Positions 43,855 to 53,156 of a stretch of 64,000 nucleotides of DNA are shown here, in pieces (within the stretch, counting starts at the first letter, position 1; each line of letters opens with the position of its first letter). The notes under the pieces were generated by a model. The model searched no databases, was not told the DNA's origin, and worked only from the letters and a program-made list of their open reading frames with translations. The position numbers and the translations under genes were made by a program. This DNA is from a virus. Its lineage: Duplodnaviria; Caudoviricetes. The DNA lies in the IMG/VR virus record IMGVR_UViG_3300032236_001024, positions 128,001-192,000 of that record. One strand, written 5' to 3'.

Positions 43855-45234
43855 TTATTTAAAAAGACTCTTGATCTTTTGCTTTTTATCTTCATCCAAT
43901 CCACCAAACTTGGATTTGGAGAAGACTGGTTTCTCATCAGCAATATCTTCTTGTGCTGACTGTTCAACGTCATACAATCTCATCTTGGCTCTGTCAATAC
44001 CCACTACAAACTTTTTATGGATTGTAGGATCATTGTAGCGATTCTTGAGTTGCTTGATCATGATCTGATTCAACTCTTCAAGTTTTTCAGAACTGATCAA
44101 TGCAAACATAAAATCTGCTGTTGCAGGCAAACCAAATGATTCGGATGTATCAGTTAACTCAACATCTGAGTTTCCGTATCCGCTTCTAGTTGTCTGAGTT
44201 GCAGAGACAATTGGAACATTAAACTCAACAGCAAGTCCTCGTAGCTCTTCTGCAATAGATTTAATGTAGGTGTAGCTATTAACATTAGAACCAGTTTTAA
44301 TACGAGAAGAACAACAGATATTGAGATAATCAATATAGATGATATCAGGAATGAAGTTTCGCTTGATACGCAACTCATTGATCAAATGCCTAAAGTGTGC
44401 TGCACCAGCTGATGCTGTTGGATATTCTTTTATGATAAGTTTTCCAGTCGTTTTTTCCTTAACACGATTGATCTTTTTATCATACACATCTTTTGGAAGA
44501 AGAAGCAATTCATCAACAGTGACGTTAAGCAAATTAGCATCAATGCGTTCTGCAATCTTTTCTTCTGCCATTTCCATCGTGATATAAAGAACATTCTTTC
44601 CTTGTGCCAGATTGTTTGTAGCACAATGACACATGAACAATGATTTACCAACACCAGTACCAGCAAGAGCAATATTCAAACTCTTATTGATAAGACCGCC
44701 TTTGGTAATCTTATTCATATAATCCAAATCAAATGGAATACGTTCTTTCTTCTCATGATAGAAATCAAATCGATCATCAGAGTTATTAAAATAATCATGA
44801 CCAATAGACACATCAAAAGATACTCCCAAAGCTTCTGTCAGAAGATTGGGAATTGAACCTTTTGATTGTGAACTTGTTTTATCATCAAGGATTTTGATTG
44901 ATGCCATGATAGCATTATAAATGGCTTTGTCCTGACAAAACTTTTCAGTTGAGTCAAGCAGCCATTCAATCTTAGTATCTTCTTTATTAAGGTCATCAAT
45001 CAAGGTCTTTGAGTCCTTGAAGATGTTTTCAGAAATACCGTCCTTGTTATCTAATTCAAGATACAAAACTTCTTTTGTAGGAAGCGCATTGTACTTCTCT
45101 ACATAATCCTTGATTAGATTATAAACAGTCTTATCCGAAAGATTATGAAAATACTCATCCTTAATAAAAGGAAGAACCTTACGTGAGTAAGGTTCGTTGT
45201 AGATCAGATGAGATAGAATTGTTTTTTCGATCAT
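43855..45234 (-). CDS. 41: DnaB-like replicative helicase gp41
   Basis: AGTGVGKS, TMEMAEEKIAERIDAN, IKEYPT, DYLNIC, TSESFGLPATAD. Confidence 0.97.
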   Translation of the reverse strand: MIEKTILSHLIYNEPYSRKVLPFIKDEYFHNLSDKTVYNLIKDYVEKYNALPTKEVLYLELDNKDGISENIFKDSKTLIDDLNKEDTKIEWLLDSTEKFCQDKAIYNAIMASIKILDDKTSSQSKGSIPNLLTEALGVSFDVSIGHDYFNNSDDRFDFYHEKKERIPFDLDYMNKITKGGLINKSLNIALAGTGVGKSLFMCHCATNNLAQGKNVLYITMEMAEEKIAERIDANLLNVTVDELLLLPKDVYDKKINRVKEKTTGKLIIKEYPTASAGAAHFRHLINELRIKRNFIPDIIYIDYLNICCSSRIKTGSNVNSYTYIKSIAEELRGLAVEFNVPIVSATQTTRSGYGNSDVELTDTSESFGLPATADFMFALISSEKLEELNQIMIKQLKNRYNDPTIHKKFVVGIDRAKMRLYDVEQSAQEDIADEKPVFSKSKFGGLDEDKKQKIKSLFK

Positions 45235-45510
45235 TTACTTCTTTCGATTGTGTTTGATCAGACCCCCAATAAAGGTTTCTAAAAATCCGTACATGAATAC
45301 GCATATAGCAATAATAATAATGAGACCAGCAATAACTGTGAATGGCAACCATATAGGTGAGAGAACCCATAGCCAATCCCAATCAATATGTCCAGTAAGC
45401 TTAAGCCCAATGAACAGGATTGTCAATAGTCCACTAAATCCAATACCGTTATGAGTTACCTCAACGGTTTCTCTATCCTTAAGACTCATCTTCACCGTCC
45501 TCTTCATCAC
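45235..45510 (-). CDS. small membrane protein
   Basis: GIGF.GLLTILFIGLKL.G.IDWDWLWVLSPIW. Confidence 0.75.
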   Translation of the reverse strand: MMKRTVKMSLKDRETVEVTHNGIGFSGLLTILFIGLKLTGHIDWDWLWVLSPIWLPFTVIAGLIIIIAICVFMYGFLETFIGGLIKHNRKK

Positions 45511-46540
45511 GAATCAAAGAACCAGACACAGTTGTATACTTATTCTTCAACCAATCTGCAAAGTCAGTTTCATCAAACAACTTCTTCCAGAAAGCACCAT
45601 TGCTTTCAATATCAGCCATTCGCATCTTGTCGCCAATGAATTCACCAGTCGCACTATCAAAACGCTGGAACCATCCAACAGAAGGCTTGACAACATACTT
45701 ACCTTCTTCTGCAAGTTCAACAAGGCCAGACCACTTATTAATACCACCTTCATAGGTGACGTTAATAGGAATCTTGCTCTTTTCCTTTACATAACGAGAC
45801 TTCTCGATATTGATGATGAAGCTATAGCCATCAATTTCCTTTGTCTTTGCATCCTTGTCTTGCTGACGACCAAGAATCCAGATTGTATCAGCGGAATAAT
45901 AGATACCAGTACCACCACTGACAACATCCTTGCTATACATTTCAAGAGTCTTGTAGGTATGGTTGACAACAATCAAAGGAATATTCTTGAGCGTCAAGTG
46001 AGGTGTGACAATACGGAACAATGACTTCAATGCCTTTGAACGAGACATATCAGTGACAGACTTGCTATCCATTGCATCTTCGACTTCTTTCTTGGAAGCA
46101 AGATTGCCAACAGAGTCAACAACAATAATAACATGATCATTACGGTCAATATTTTGCAATTGATTTGCAATATCGAATTTCAATTCTTCAATGTCGGTGA
46201 TTGGAACGTGAACAACACGATTCATATCAATATCAAAAGATTTAAAATAACCTTCTGGCGTACCAAACTCAGAGTCATAAAAAAGCATAACAGCATCTGG
46301 ATACTTCTTTAGATATGCAGCTGCCATAAGCAAAGAGAATGCAGACTTGAAGTGCTTTGAAGGACCAGCAAGAACAGTAAGACCGGGAGTCAAACCACCA
46401 TCAATGTTACCAGACAATGCGACATTAATCATGGGAATGCTTGTTGGGATCATATCCTTCTTACCATAAATCTTGCTCTCAGAGAGAACAGAGATTTGCT
46501 TGATCTTTGAATTCTTAATAAGACGATCTACTAGTGACAT
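45479..46540 (-). CDS. uvsX: RecA-like recombinase UvsX
   Basis: AGPSKHFKS, FYDSEFG, DSVGNLASKKE, VVSGGTG. Confidence 0.97.
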   Translation of the reverse strand: MSLVDRLIKNSKIKQISVLSESKIYGKKDMIPTSIPMINVALSGNIDGGLTPGLTVLAGPSKHFKSAFSLLMAAAYLKKYPDAVMLFYDSEFGTPEGYFKSFDIDMNRVVHVPITDIEELKFDIANQLQNIDRNDHVIIVVDSVGNLASKKEVEDAMDSKSVTDMSRSKALKSLFRIVTPHLTLKNIPLIVVNHTYKTLEMYSKDVVSGGTGIYYSADTIWILGRQQDKDAKTKEIDGYSFIINIEKSRYVKEKSKIPINVTYEGGINKWSGLVELAEEGKYVVKPSVGWFQRFDSATGEFIGDKMRMADIESNGAFWKKLFDETDFADWLKNKYTTVSGSLIRDEEDGEDES

Positions 46541-46550
46541 AATATTTTCC

Positions 46551-46802
46551 TTAACTTTCGAGGATTGAATTGAGTTTTGCAATAAATTCGTTGATTCTTT
46601 CTTCACGATTAGGCCAATTGATTGTTGGCTTATCTGGATTCTTCTTTAGGTTATTTAACAGTGGCATAATCATGCTGTGCATTTCACTACACTTGCTCTT
46701 CCACTTCATAACATCTGCTGACTTTGCAGTCAAGTCACCTTGCATCTTTTTTGATGACTCTTCATGATTATCTGAAAATGTAAATCCAAAATCATCTGTC
46801 AT
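46551..46802 (-). CDS. hypothetical protein
   Basis: DDFGFTF, PLLNNLKKNPDK.TINWPNR. Confidence 0.75.
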   Translation of the reverse strand: MTDDFGFTFSDNHEESSKKMQGDLTAKSADVMKWKSKCSEMHSMIMPLLNNLKKNPDKPTINWPNREERINEFIAKLNSILES

Positions 46803-46807
46803 TTATT

Positions 46808-48148
46808 TTACTCCCAAAATTCGTCTAGTGTGTTTCTCTTTTCGACTTGCCAACCAATCACATCAAGAATGGTTTTGATCGGTTCGACAAATGCCTTACT
46901 GTATTGTAGTTCATAATCAATGTACTTGTCAAGATTCAATTGACGAGGAATATTATGATGACATGCTATCACGTTTTCTTTGATAGGATTTGGCATCTTC
47001 ATATAACAGAACTTGATCTTATCTCCATCTTGGATAAGAGGATAACGCTTATCCAATCCTTCTTTCTTCAAAAGATTATTATACACAAGTGATGCACGGA
47101 CATGCATTGGCGTACCTGACTTGTATATATCATACTTATCAGACCACTTAGAAAGATTCTTGCAACCACGGGGGAATGCAACTTCTTCAAACGAAAGCTT
47201 CTTGAACTCTTGACGGAAATCAGCGATGAACTTTATCATATCATCTTCCTTTTTTGTCATGAGAACTTCCATAGCTTTCTTGATATTATCTCGACAAGCT
47301 TGTGGAGTAGATGAACGAACAGCTTCGATGCCCATCATCTTCAACTTAGGTTCATGATATTGAACACCTTCGTTGTTCCATACATGTAAGATGTAACGCT
47401 TTTTCGCAGTCCAAATACCTTTGCTTGCAATAGACTCACGCTTCATCTGCATCTTCTGTGCATATGCATTCATGTATTCTGCTAGTTCATTGTAGCACTT
47501 ATCAATGAATGCTTGAACCTTAGTCTCACAGAATGCATCGATAGCACCAACAATGAATGGAGCATCATCAGTGTTGAGAAGTTTTACCATTTCTGCCATC
47601 TTCACATAAATTGAATCAGTATCAGATGCAATCACATAATCAACATCCTTTGTCTTGCATACCTTGTTCATAAATTCATTCATCTTCTTTTCAATCCACT
47701 TGATTGAAAGCTGACCAGATAGAGTAATAGAAGTAGCAAGATTATCATCATACCAACGGAAGTACTCATTAGACAACGCACCATATGCAGAGTTAAGCTG
47801 AATCTTCTTAGCCAACTGCATATTATGATTGCGAGCAATCATCTTCACGTTCTCTTCTGATGGTGAAGCTTCTTGTGCTTTCTTAGCTTCGATCATGCGC
47901 TGCTTGAACACCACACGATCATTGTACATGTTCTCCATCAGAGTAGGAAGGAAGCCCTGCTTTCTTATATCATACAATTCTTTATTTGGCGTAATCGTTA
48001 GATTATAATTCTGCAATATGCTGGTATCAATTTTTTTACATAATGCATTTTCAACACTCATATATTTTTTAATATAAAGTATCGAATTCAAATCCTCTAT
48101 TTCGCAAATTATTTCTTCATCAGACATAGTGTCTATTGATCTGAACAT
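46808..48148 (-). CDS. 43: family B DNA polymerase, C-terminal subunit
   Basis: QGFLP, KIQLNSAYG, ASDTDS, KKRY.L, GIEAVRSSTP. Confidence 0.95.
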   Translation of the reverse strand: MFRSIDTMSDEEIICEIEDLNSILYIKKYMSVENALCKKIDTSILQNYNLTITPNKELYDIRKQGFLPTLMENMYNDRVVFKQRMIEAKKAQEASPSEENVKMIARNHNMQLAKKIQLNSAYGALSNEYFRWYDDNLATSITLSGQLSIKWIEKKMNEFMNKVCKTKDVDYVIASDTDSIYVKMAEMVKLLNTDDAPFIVGAIDAFCETKVQAFIDKCYNELAEYMNAYAQKMQMKRESIASKGIWTAKKRYILHVWNNEGVQYHEPKLKMMGIEAVRSSTPQACRDNIKKAMEVLMTKKEDDMIKFIADFRQEFKKLSFEEVAFPRGCKNLSKWSDKYDIYKSGTPMHVRASLVYNNLLKKEGLDKRYPLIQDGDKIKFCYMKMPNPIKENVIACHHNIPRQLNLDKYIDYELQYSKAFVEPIKTILDVIGWQVEKRNTLDEFWE

Positions 48149-48681
48149 TTGTTACTCTTCTTTCTATTTTCTGAAATAGTTAAATATTGAAGATTGTCTG
48201 GATGATGTTTTCCACCTTTTGAAATGGGTATTATATGATCAACTTCATAACCTTTTGGACATTCAATGTACATCTTCATTGTACGTTCTTTTTCTTCTTT
48301 AGTCAAATCAACTAAAGCGTCCCGCATGTATGCTCTTCTATTAGCAGCAACATTATTTAACATTTTTCTCTTATGATTTGCACCAAGATATCTATAATCA
48401 GAAGAACATTTATGGGAACAAAATTTTATCTCCCATCTTCCCTCATAACGAGAAGGAACAACTTTAAAAATATTTTTGCAATGTTGGCATATCTTTTCTA
48501 ACTTACGTTCTTTATTTTCATTTTCAAGATTTTTAGGTTTTTTTATATCAAATTCTTGACATTTTTTCTTTATTAGAACTGAAGAACATCCATAAAATGA
48601 TGCTATCCAGTCTCTTGTTTTATTTTGAATTATAAAAAGTTTATATAAATCTTCTTTTTTTATTAAAAATTTATGCTTCAT
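48133..48681 (-). mobile_element. HNH endonuclease inserted between the two polymerase halves
   Basis: CQHC..FCSHKC; YEVDHIIPISKGGKHHPDNLQYLTISENRKK; AT-rich; CTAAATA at 48713-48719. Confidence 0.9.
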
Positions 48682-48701
48682 TTTATCCTCACTATGTTAA
48701 A

Positions 48702-50000
48702 CTACTTATGTCTATTTAGTGAATTTTGAAGTTGATAAATTCTTTTATGTATATGAGTTTCTGATACCATATTTTCTGGTGAAATTGCATACTGCATGAT
48801 CAGATGTGGATATAGTGAATTCAAATCGAATGACACCACCCAATCATGCATACCAAGCAAGGGGTCTTTCACATATGCACCAACGATCTGTTCGTCCTTG
48901 TGGGTACGTTTGTTCTGAGGAATGACGATGCGTTGATTGATAAGGTAGTTGTGAATGATAACATCCCACAAGCGCACAGAAGTAAACGCATCTGCAAAGT
49001 TCACCTTCGCATCATACGCAATAGCATAAACCTGTTCAATAAATTTCAGCTTGTCATCAAGACGATCAACAAGATCAACGTCCTTGATATTGTACTCAAT
49101 GAAAAGCTGATAGTTCTTCTTATACAAATCAAACAGCGATTCATACTCAGAGTAATCAAGCTTGCGTTCACCAAGTTCAATGTGGGCGATGTGATCTAGA
49201 CGATATGATTCTTGATTGGTGAATGAGAACTTCCTATAAAGTTGCAGATAATCAAGAATTGTAATTCCAATAGGAAGATACGACTTCTGAACAGAACCAA
49301 ACTTTTCTACTGTACGTTCTTCAATGATGCCCCAAGGAGAAATCTTCTTAGCCATTTCATTGCCAAGCAAACTACGCACACGATTGATGATGTAAGGAAT
49401 ATCGAAGTACTCGACGTTCCAACCAGTCACAACATCAGGCTGAAACCATTTGGAACGCCAGATATCAAGAAACTTGATGAGCAAAGATTCTTCATCCTTA
49501 CACCTAAAGTACTTCACATTCTCATTATCAGTTTTGAATTCACCACAACCAAGAACGATATAGAACCCATCCTTCTTCATTGTGATAGCAGTGATCTCTT
49601 TATCAGCTGTCTCGATATTAGGAAACCCTTGATCAGCTGCAACCTCGATATCGATGTTTACGATAGAGATTTGCTTTGGGTCATAATCGATTTCGCCGGG
49701 ATAATAATCGTTGATGAATGGGTAGACGAATTGTGTCATGCCATAAATCTCAAAGTTGGAAACATCCTCATACTTCTTTGCGAAGTCACGAGCATCTTTT
49801 GGCGAGTCAAAGTCCATACGCTTTACAGCATCACCTTTGAGTGTCCTGAATTCAATCTCATCCACATTGTTTGGATTGTTATTGTGGACAAACAGATACG
49901 GCTTGCAAGGTATCTTTTCAAACACACGATTCCCACCATCGTAACCACGAAGCAGGATGTTGTCGAAGTGAAGATGTGCATGGGTGTAAAATTTGCTCAT
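48702..50000 (-). CDS. 43: family B DNA polymerase, N-terminal subunit (exonuclease plus motif A)
   Basis: DIEV, TGWNVEYFDIPY, SYRLDHIA, YNIKDV, SFDLNSLYP. Confidence 0.95.
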   Translation of the reverse strand: MSKFYTHAHLHFDNILLRGYDGGNRVFEKIPCKPYLFVHNNNPNNVDEIEFRTLKGDAVKRMDFDSPKDARDFAKKYEDVSNFEIYGMTQFVYPFINDYYPGEIDYDPKQISIVNIDIEVAADQGFPNIETADKEITAITMKKDGFYIVLGCGEFKTDNENVKYFRCKDEESLLIKFLDIWRSKWFQPDVVTGWNVEYFDIPYIINRVRSLLGNEMAKKISPWGIIEERTVEKFGSVQKSYLPIGITILDYLQLYRKFSFTNQESYRLDHIAHIELGERKLDYSEYESLFDLYKKNYQLFIEYNIKDVDLVDRLDDKLKFIEQVYAIAYDAKVNFADAFTSVRLWDVIIHNYLINQRIVIPQNKRTHKDEQIVGAYVKDPLLGMHDWVVSFDLNSLYPHLIMQYAISPENMVSETHIHKRIYQLQNSLNRHK

Positions 50001-50039
50001 ACGAATACCTTATACCAAAGTGAGCCAAGATGCAAGCTA

Positions 50040-50068
50040 AAAATTAGGGGGCAATGAAGCCCCCTAAC
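50040..50068 (-). terminator. intrinsic terminator
   Basis: TAGGGGGC-TTCATT-GCCCCCTA followed by ATTTTT. Confidence 0.75.
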
Positions 50069-50072
50069 AAGA

Positions 50073-50237
50073 TTATTTTCTACAATTTTCCATTGCTAAG
50101 TTCAAGATATCTCCACGAGTAATGCCAATATCAGCAAGTTCTCTATCAGTCAAATTAGATAGCTCATTGATGATACTGTAATATCTTGTACTGACCGAAA
50201 TTTCTTTCAGCCAATAATCTATCCATGTTTTTATCAT
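50073..50237 (-). CDS. DUF1127 family small protein (54 aa; not in ORF track)
   Basis: hand translation ...INELSNLTDRELADIGITRGDILNLA, matching the L..L.DR.L.DIG..R.DI pattern. Confidence 0.85.
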   Translation of the reverse strand: MIKTWIDYWLKEISVSTRYYSIINELSNLTDRELADIGITRGDILNLAMENCRK

Positions 50238-50244
50238 TTATTTT

Positions 50245-50766
50245 TTATTCTGTGATAAGTTGTTTCTTTGACTTCTTTGCAGTAACTTCTGTTTCTGCAT
50301 CGTCGGTGATATCAATCTTCTTAGGCTTCTTGCTTTCTGGAATAATATGCTCAAGCCAAATCTTGAGGATACCATTCACCATCGAAGCATTGTTCACAAC
50401 AACATTATCAGCAAGCGAGAAGGTACGAGTGAACGCACGATCCGCAATTCCCTTATGAAGATATTGTACATCAATACCATCAGATGTGAGAGTATCGATT
50501 GTGGTATTTCCCTTGACGACAAGCTTGTTCTCTTCAAGAGTCAATTCGATATCCTGCTTACCAAATCCAGCAACAGCAAGTTCGACAACGTAAACATTTT
50601 CGTCTGTCTTCTTGAGATTGAATGGAGGATATCCATTCCCAGCTGTCTTCTGAATGTGTTCGTAAGTTTCGGTCATCTTTTGAGCCAGCTTATCTGCTCC
50701 AACAAAAAACTTATCGAACTTGGCAAGGTCAGCGAATGTGTGATCGAATTTATATGGTGTATTCAT
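50245..50766 (-). CDS. small heat-shock protein Hsp20 (IbpA-like)
   Basis: YPPFNL, ELAVAGF, YLHKGIADRAFTRTF, NGIL. Confidence 0.95.
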   Translation of the reverse strand: MNTPYKFDHTFADLAKFDKFFVGADKLAQKMTETYEHIQKTAGNGYPPFNLKKTDENVYVVELAVAGFGKQDIELTLEENKLVVKGNTTIDTLTSDGIDVQYLHKGIADRAFTRTFSLADNVVVNNASMVNGILKIWLEHIIPESKKPKKIDITDDAETEVTAKKSKKQLITE

Positions 50767-50772
50767 CTCATT

Positions 50773-50790
50773 TCTCCTATGTTAGCGAGA
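50773..50790 (-). promoter_or_regulatory. ROSE-like RNA thermometer hairpin over the hsp20 SD
   Basis: UCUCGCU-aacau-AGGAGA pairs with a bulged G opposite the SD. Confidence 0.6.
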
Positions 50791-50877
50791 TTCATAAATA
50801 TGCCGTCCAATTATGCTACGGCATAAATATATTTAGGTTGGATTGAAGCAAAAATCAAGAGTAGAGGATAAAAAAAT

Positions 50878-51330
50878 ATGGCTGATGAACCAAATAAACC
50901 ACATACTGAAGATTTTGCTACTGCGAAGTGGAGACCCTTTATGGGTTGGACATATATGGCTATATGTTTCTTTGATTTTGTTATTGGTCCTGTTATGAAT
51001 GTGGCATTTTCTATTATAACAAAAACACCACTGATACCTTGGAAGTCACTCACACTAGACAATGGTGGATTGTTCCATCTTGCTATGGGTGCAGTTCTAG
51101 GTGTTGCTGCTTATGGAAGAACACAAGAGAAGGTCGCTAAGATTGATAATGGTATTCCGTTGCCGGGATCGCCTACACCATCTGCACCGTCTCCTGCACC
51201 AGCACCAATGCCTGATCCTACACCAGTCCCTGCGCCTGTAGTATCAGCACCAGCACCAACTGCAATAGTAAATGCTGATCCTGCACCAGCACCAACACCA
51301 GTTGTGTCAACACGCAAAAGATTTAGTTAA
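50878..51330 (+). CDS. holin-like membrane protein (3TM family) with Pro/Ala-rich tail
   Basis: KWRPFMGWTY..ICFFDF, GAVLGVAAYGRTQEK. Confidence 0.65.
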   Translation: MADEPNKPHTEDFATAKWRPFMGWTYMAICFFDFVIGPVMNVAFSIITKTPLIPWKSLTLDNGGLFHLAMGAVLGVAAYGRTQEKVAKIDNGIPLPGSPTPSAPSPAPAPMPDPTPVPAPVVSAPAPTAIVNADPAPAPTPVVSTRKRFS

Positions 51331-51338
51331 AAAATATT

Positions 51339-51362
51339 GGGGCGGTTATGCCGCCCCTTTTA
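51339..51362 (+). terminator. intrinsic terminator
   Basis: GGGGCGG-TTATG-CCGCCCC-TTTT. Confidence 0.75.
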
Positions 51363-51546
51363 TCTTGAAGTGCGTAAACACGTTGTCCTTATCAAAGGAT
51401 TGAACATCACGTATCCAAGCTAGAGCATCTTTTTCTGTTGCAAAATGCAATCTATCTTTAATGGTTAGACCGTTTAGAGCGCCTCTATTGAGGAGTTTTT
51501 CGAATTCAACAACATATCTACAAGTCTTTTCTTTTAGGTCAGTCAT
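51346..51546 (-). CDS. hypothetical protein (start MTDLKEK)
   Basis: GGAG RBS; track ORF extends into tRNA. Confidence 0.65.
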   Translation of the reverse strand: MTDLKEKTCRYVVEFEKLLNRGALNGLTIKDRLHFATEKDALAWIRDVQSFDKDNVFTHFKIKGAA

Positions 51547-51588
51547 TTTCAGTCTCCATTTTTGCACCAGTCTATTTATCAAAAAAGA

Positions 51589-51664
51589 TGGTAGGCGTGG
51601 AGGGAATCGAACCCCCAACCAGACTATTATGAGTAGTCGGCTCTGACCGTTGAGCTACACGCCT
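51589..51664 (-). tRNA. tRNA with CAT anticodon (elongator Met or lysidine Ile2)
   Basis: GACTA-CTCATAA-TAGTC; fully paired position 1:72 so not initiator; CCA. Confidence 0.88.
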
Positions 51665-51672
51665 ATTGGTAT

Positions 51673-51834
51673 TTAGAAGGGAACAATAAAGTCCTCTCCA
51701 ACTGAAATTAATCTTTCCAGATTCTTGATCTCAGTTTTCAATTTCTCTACGTTTTCGCCGTTCCATTCTGCTTCACTCAATTGCTTTCGTTTAGCTTTGA
51801 GTACATCATATGTACGGGGGAAAGGATCGTTCAT
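51673..51834 (-). CDS. small hypothetical protein (53 aa; not in ORF track)
   Basis: MNDPFPRTYDVLKAKRKQL...GEDFIVPF, TAATG-coupled to gapR. Confidence 0.6.
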   Translation of the reverse strand: MNDPFPRTYDVLKAKRKQLSEAEWNGENVEKLKTEIKNLERLISVGEDFIVPF

Positions 51835-52079
51835 TACATCATACCAATCTTTTGCATGTAAAGTTCAAGAAGTGTCTCTTCCTCTTGACGCTCTTCCCTT
51901 GACTTACGACGAAGAGAAACGATCTTGCGGACAATCTTGGTATCATATCCTGCAGACTTCACTTCAACATAAATCTCCTTGATATCCTCAGAGATTGCTC
52001 GCTTGTCTTCATCCAGTCGCTCAATACGATCAATGTATCCCAGCAACTGATCCTTATTCACATTATCACTCATTGTCAA
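51834..52079 (-). CDS. gapR: GapR/DUF2312 nucleoid-associated protein
   Basis: QL..YIDRIERL.E.K..I..DIKEIY.E.KS.GYD.K..R.IV.LR. Confidence 0.9.
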   Translation of the reverse strand: MTMSDNVNKDQLLGYIDRIERLDEDKRAISEDIKEIYVEVKSAGYDTKIVRKIVSLRRKSREERQEEETLLELYMQKIGMM

Positions 52080-52100
52080 TATCCTTTTAGAGAAAGTGGA

Positions 52101-52120
52101 GGGGGAGATTTCTCTCCCCC
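52101..52120 (-). terminator. GC hairpin after DUF932 gene
   Basis: GGGGGAGA/TCTCCCCC. Confidence 0.55.
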
Positions 52121-52127
52121 GTTTTTA

Positions 52128-53069
52128 TTAGGCAGCGTCAGCGAATTCCACTGCCTTTTCCAGAGCCAGAACCTTGCGGTTGCGGTTGGGACCATACCAT
52201 GCAGACTGCAAACGAGTCTCAGGGTTATGACCAAGAACGTGATCGGTGGTGAAGGTCACAGCATTGAAAGCCTGCCACCACGAACCCTTACCAAACTCTG
52301 CTCCCGGCTGAGTGTCGAGAACTTCCATAACCTGAGTCGCAGGACGAGAAAGAACCTTCTTGTTCTCCTTTGACATAGCAGGAAAGATAGCCTGCAGATA
52401 TTCAGTGAGGTTTTCCTCATTGTACTGGCGAGACGAAAGAAACTCAGCAGTTTCCTTGTAGGTGTCCATCTTGGTGTGAGCGATACCCAAAGTGCGACGA
52501 ACCATATCAGCATCAAAAGCACGGCGATGGTTCAACTTCACCATAAGGTCACTAGAAGTACCAAGAGCCAAGGTGAGCGTGTTGTTGCAGACCACACGAA
52601 TGGGAGTAAACCGAATGTCAATCGACTTACCATATTCATGAGGATTGCTGAACAGAAGATACGAATCCACACGATCACCACCAAGGATTTCGAAGCTATC
52701 CTTGACCTTGGCGAGAGCCCAAACATTCTTACCCTCACGAAGCGAACCAGCAGTGTGCATTTCCATGTCACCAGCCATCACGAAGTCATGAAAGAATTCG
52801 AAAGCTTCGTGATTCTGGACAGGCTTCCAGTCAGCGGAAACCATCGTCAGAATCTTGTCGTCAGACGAACGAACCAGGGCCTGAGTGTCAGTGACAATCT
52901 TTTTACCCTTGCGAGTGATGAAGGTCGGAACCTTCTCAACCGTCCAATCCAAACCAGCCTCTACGAGCATCTGGTCAGGAGTGAGATCATGATGAACGCT
53001 CTTGCCAAGACCATGCCAAGGGGTTTCACCAGCGTAAGCCATCGTTTCCATATTGTGCGCCATAACCAA
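52128..53069 (-). CDS. DUF932 domain protein
   Basis: MAYAGETPWHGLG, PVQNHEAF, TAGSL, TPIRVVCNNTL. Confidence 0.9.
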   Translation of the reverse strand: MVMAHNMETMAYAGETPWHGLGKSVHHDLTPDQMLVEAGLDWTVEKVPTFITRKGKKIVTDTQALVRSSDDKILTMVSADWKPVQNHEAFEFFHDFVMAGDMEMHTAGSLREGKNVWALAKVKDSFEILGGDRVDSYLLFSNPHEYGKSIDIRFTPIRVVCNNTLTLALGTSSDLMVKLNHRRAFDADMVRRTLGIAHTKMDTYKETAEFLSSRQYNEENLTEYLQAIFPAMSKENKKVLSRPATQVMEVLDTQPGAEFGKGSWWQAFNAVTFTTDHVLGHNPETRLQSAWYGPNRNRKVLALEKAVEFADAA

Positions 53070-53108
53070 GTTCCTTTCAGTTCATGAGTCCCTTGACTCA
53101 ATATAAAG

Positions 53109-53137
53109 ATACTACCCTATCACCATTTCCGTGTCAA
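53109..53137 (-). promoter_or_regulatory. early sigma70-type promoter
   Basis: TTGACA-N17-TAGTAT. Confidence 0.75.
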
Positions 53138-53156
53138 CTGCTTTTTTGAAAAAAAT

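Noticed and set aside
48000-48780. Group I intron or intein interrupting gene 43
   Set aside because: No room for a ribozyme core outside the ORFs and no clear P7 R/S elements; there is a stop and a new start, and no Cys/Ser...His-Asn intein ends. RT-PCR would settle it.
8611-51664. Stop-codon reassignment
   Set aside because: No CTA, TTA or TCA suppressor anticodons among the 23 tRNAs, and core genes are full length under the standard code; the gene 43 break is explained by the HNH insertion.
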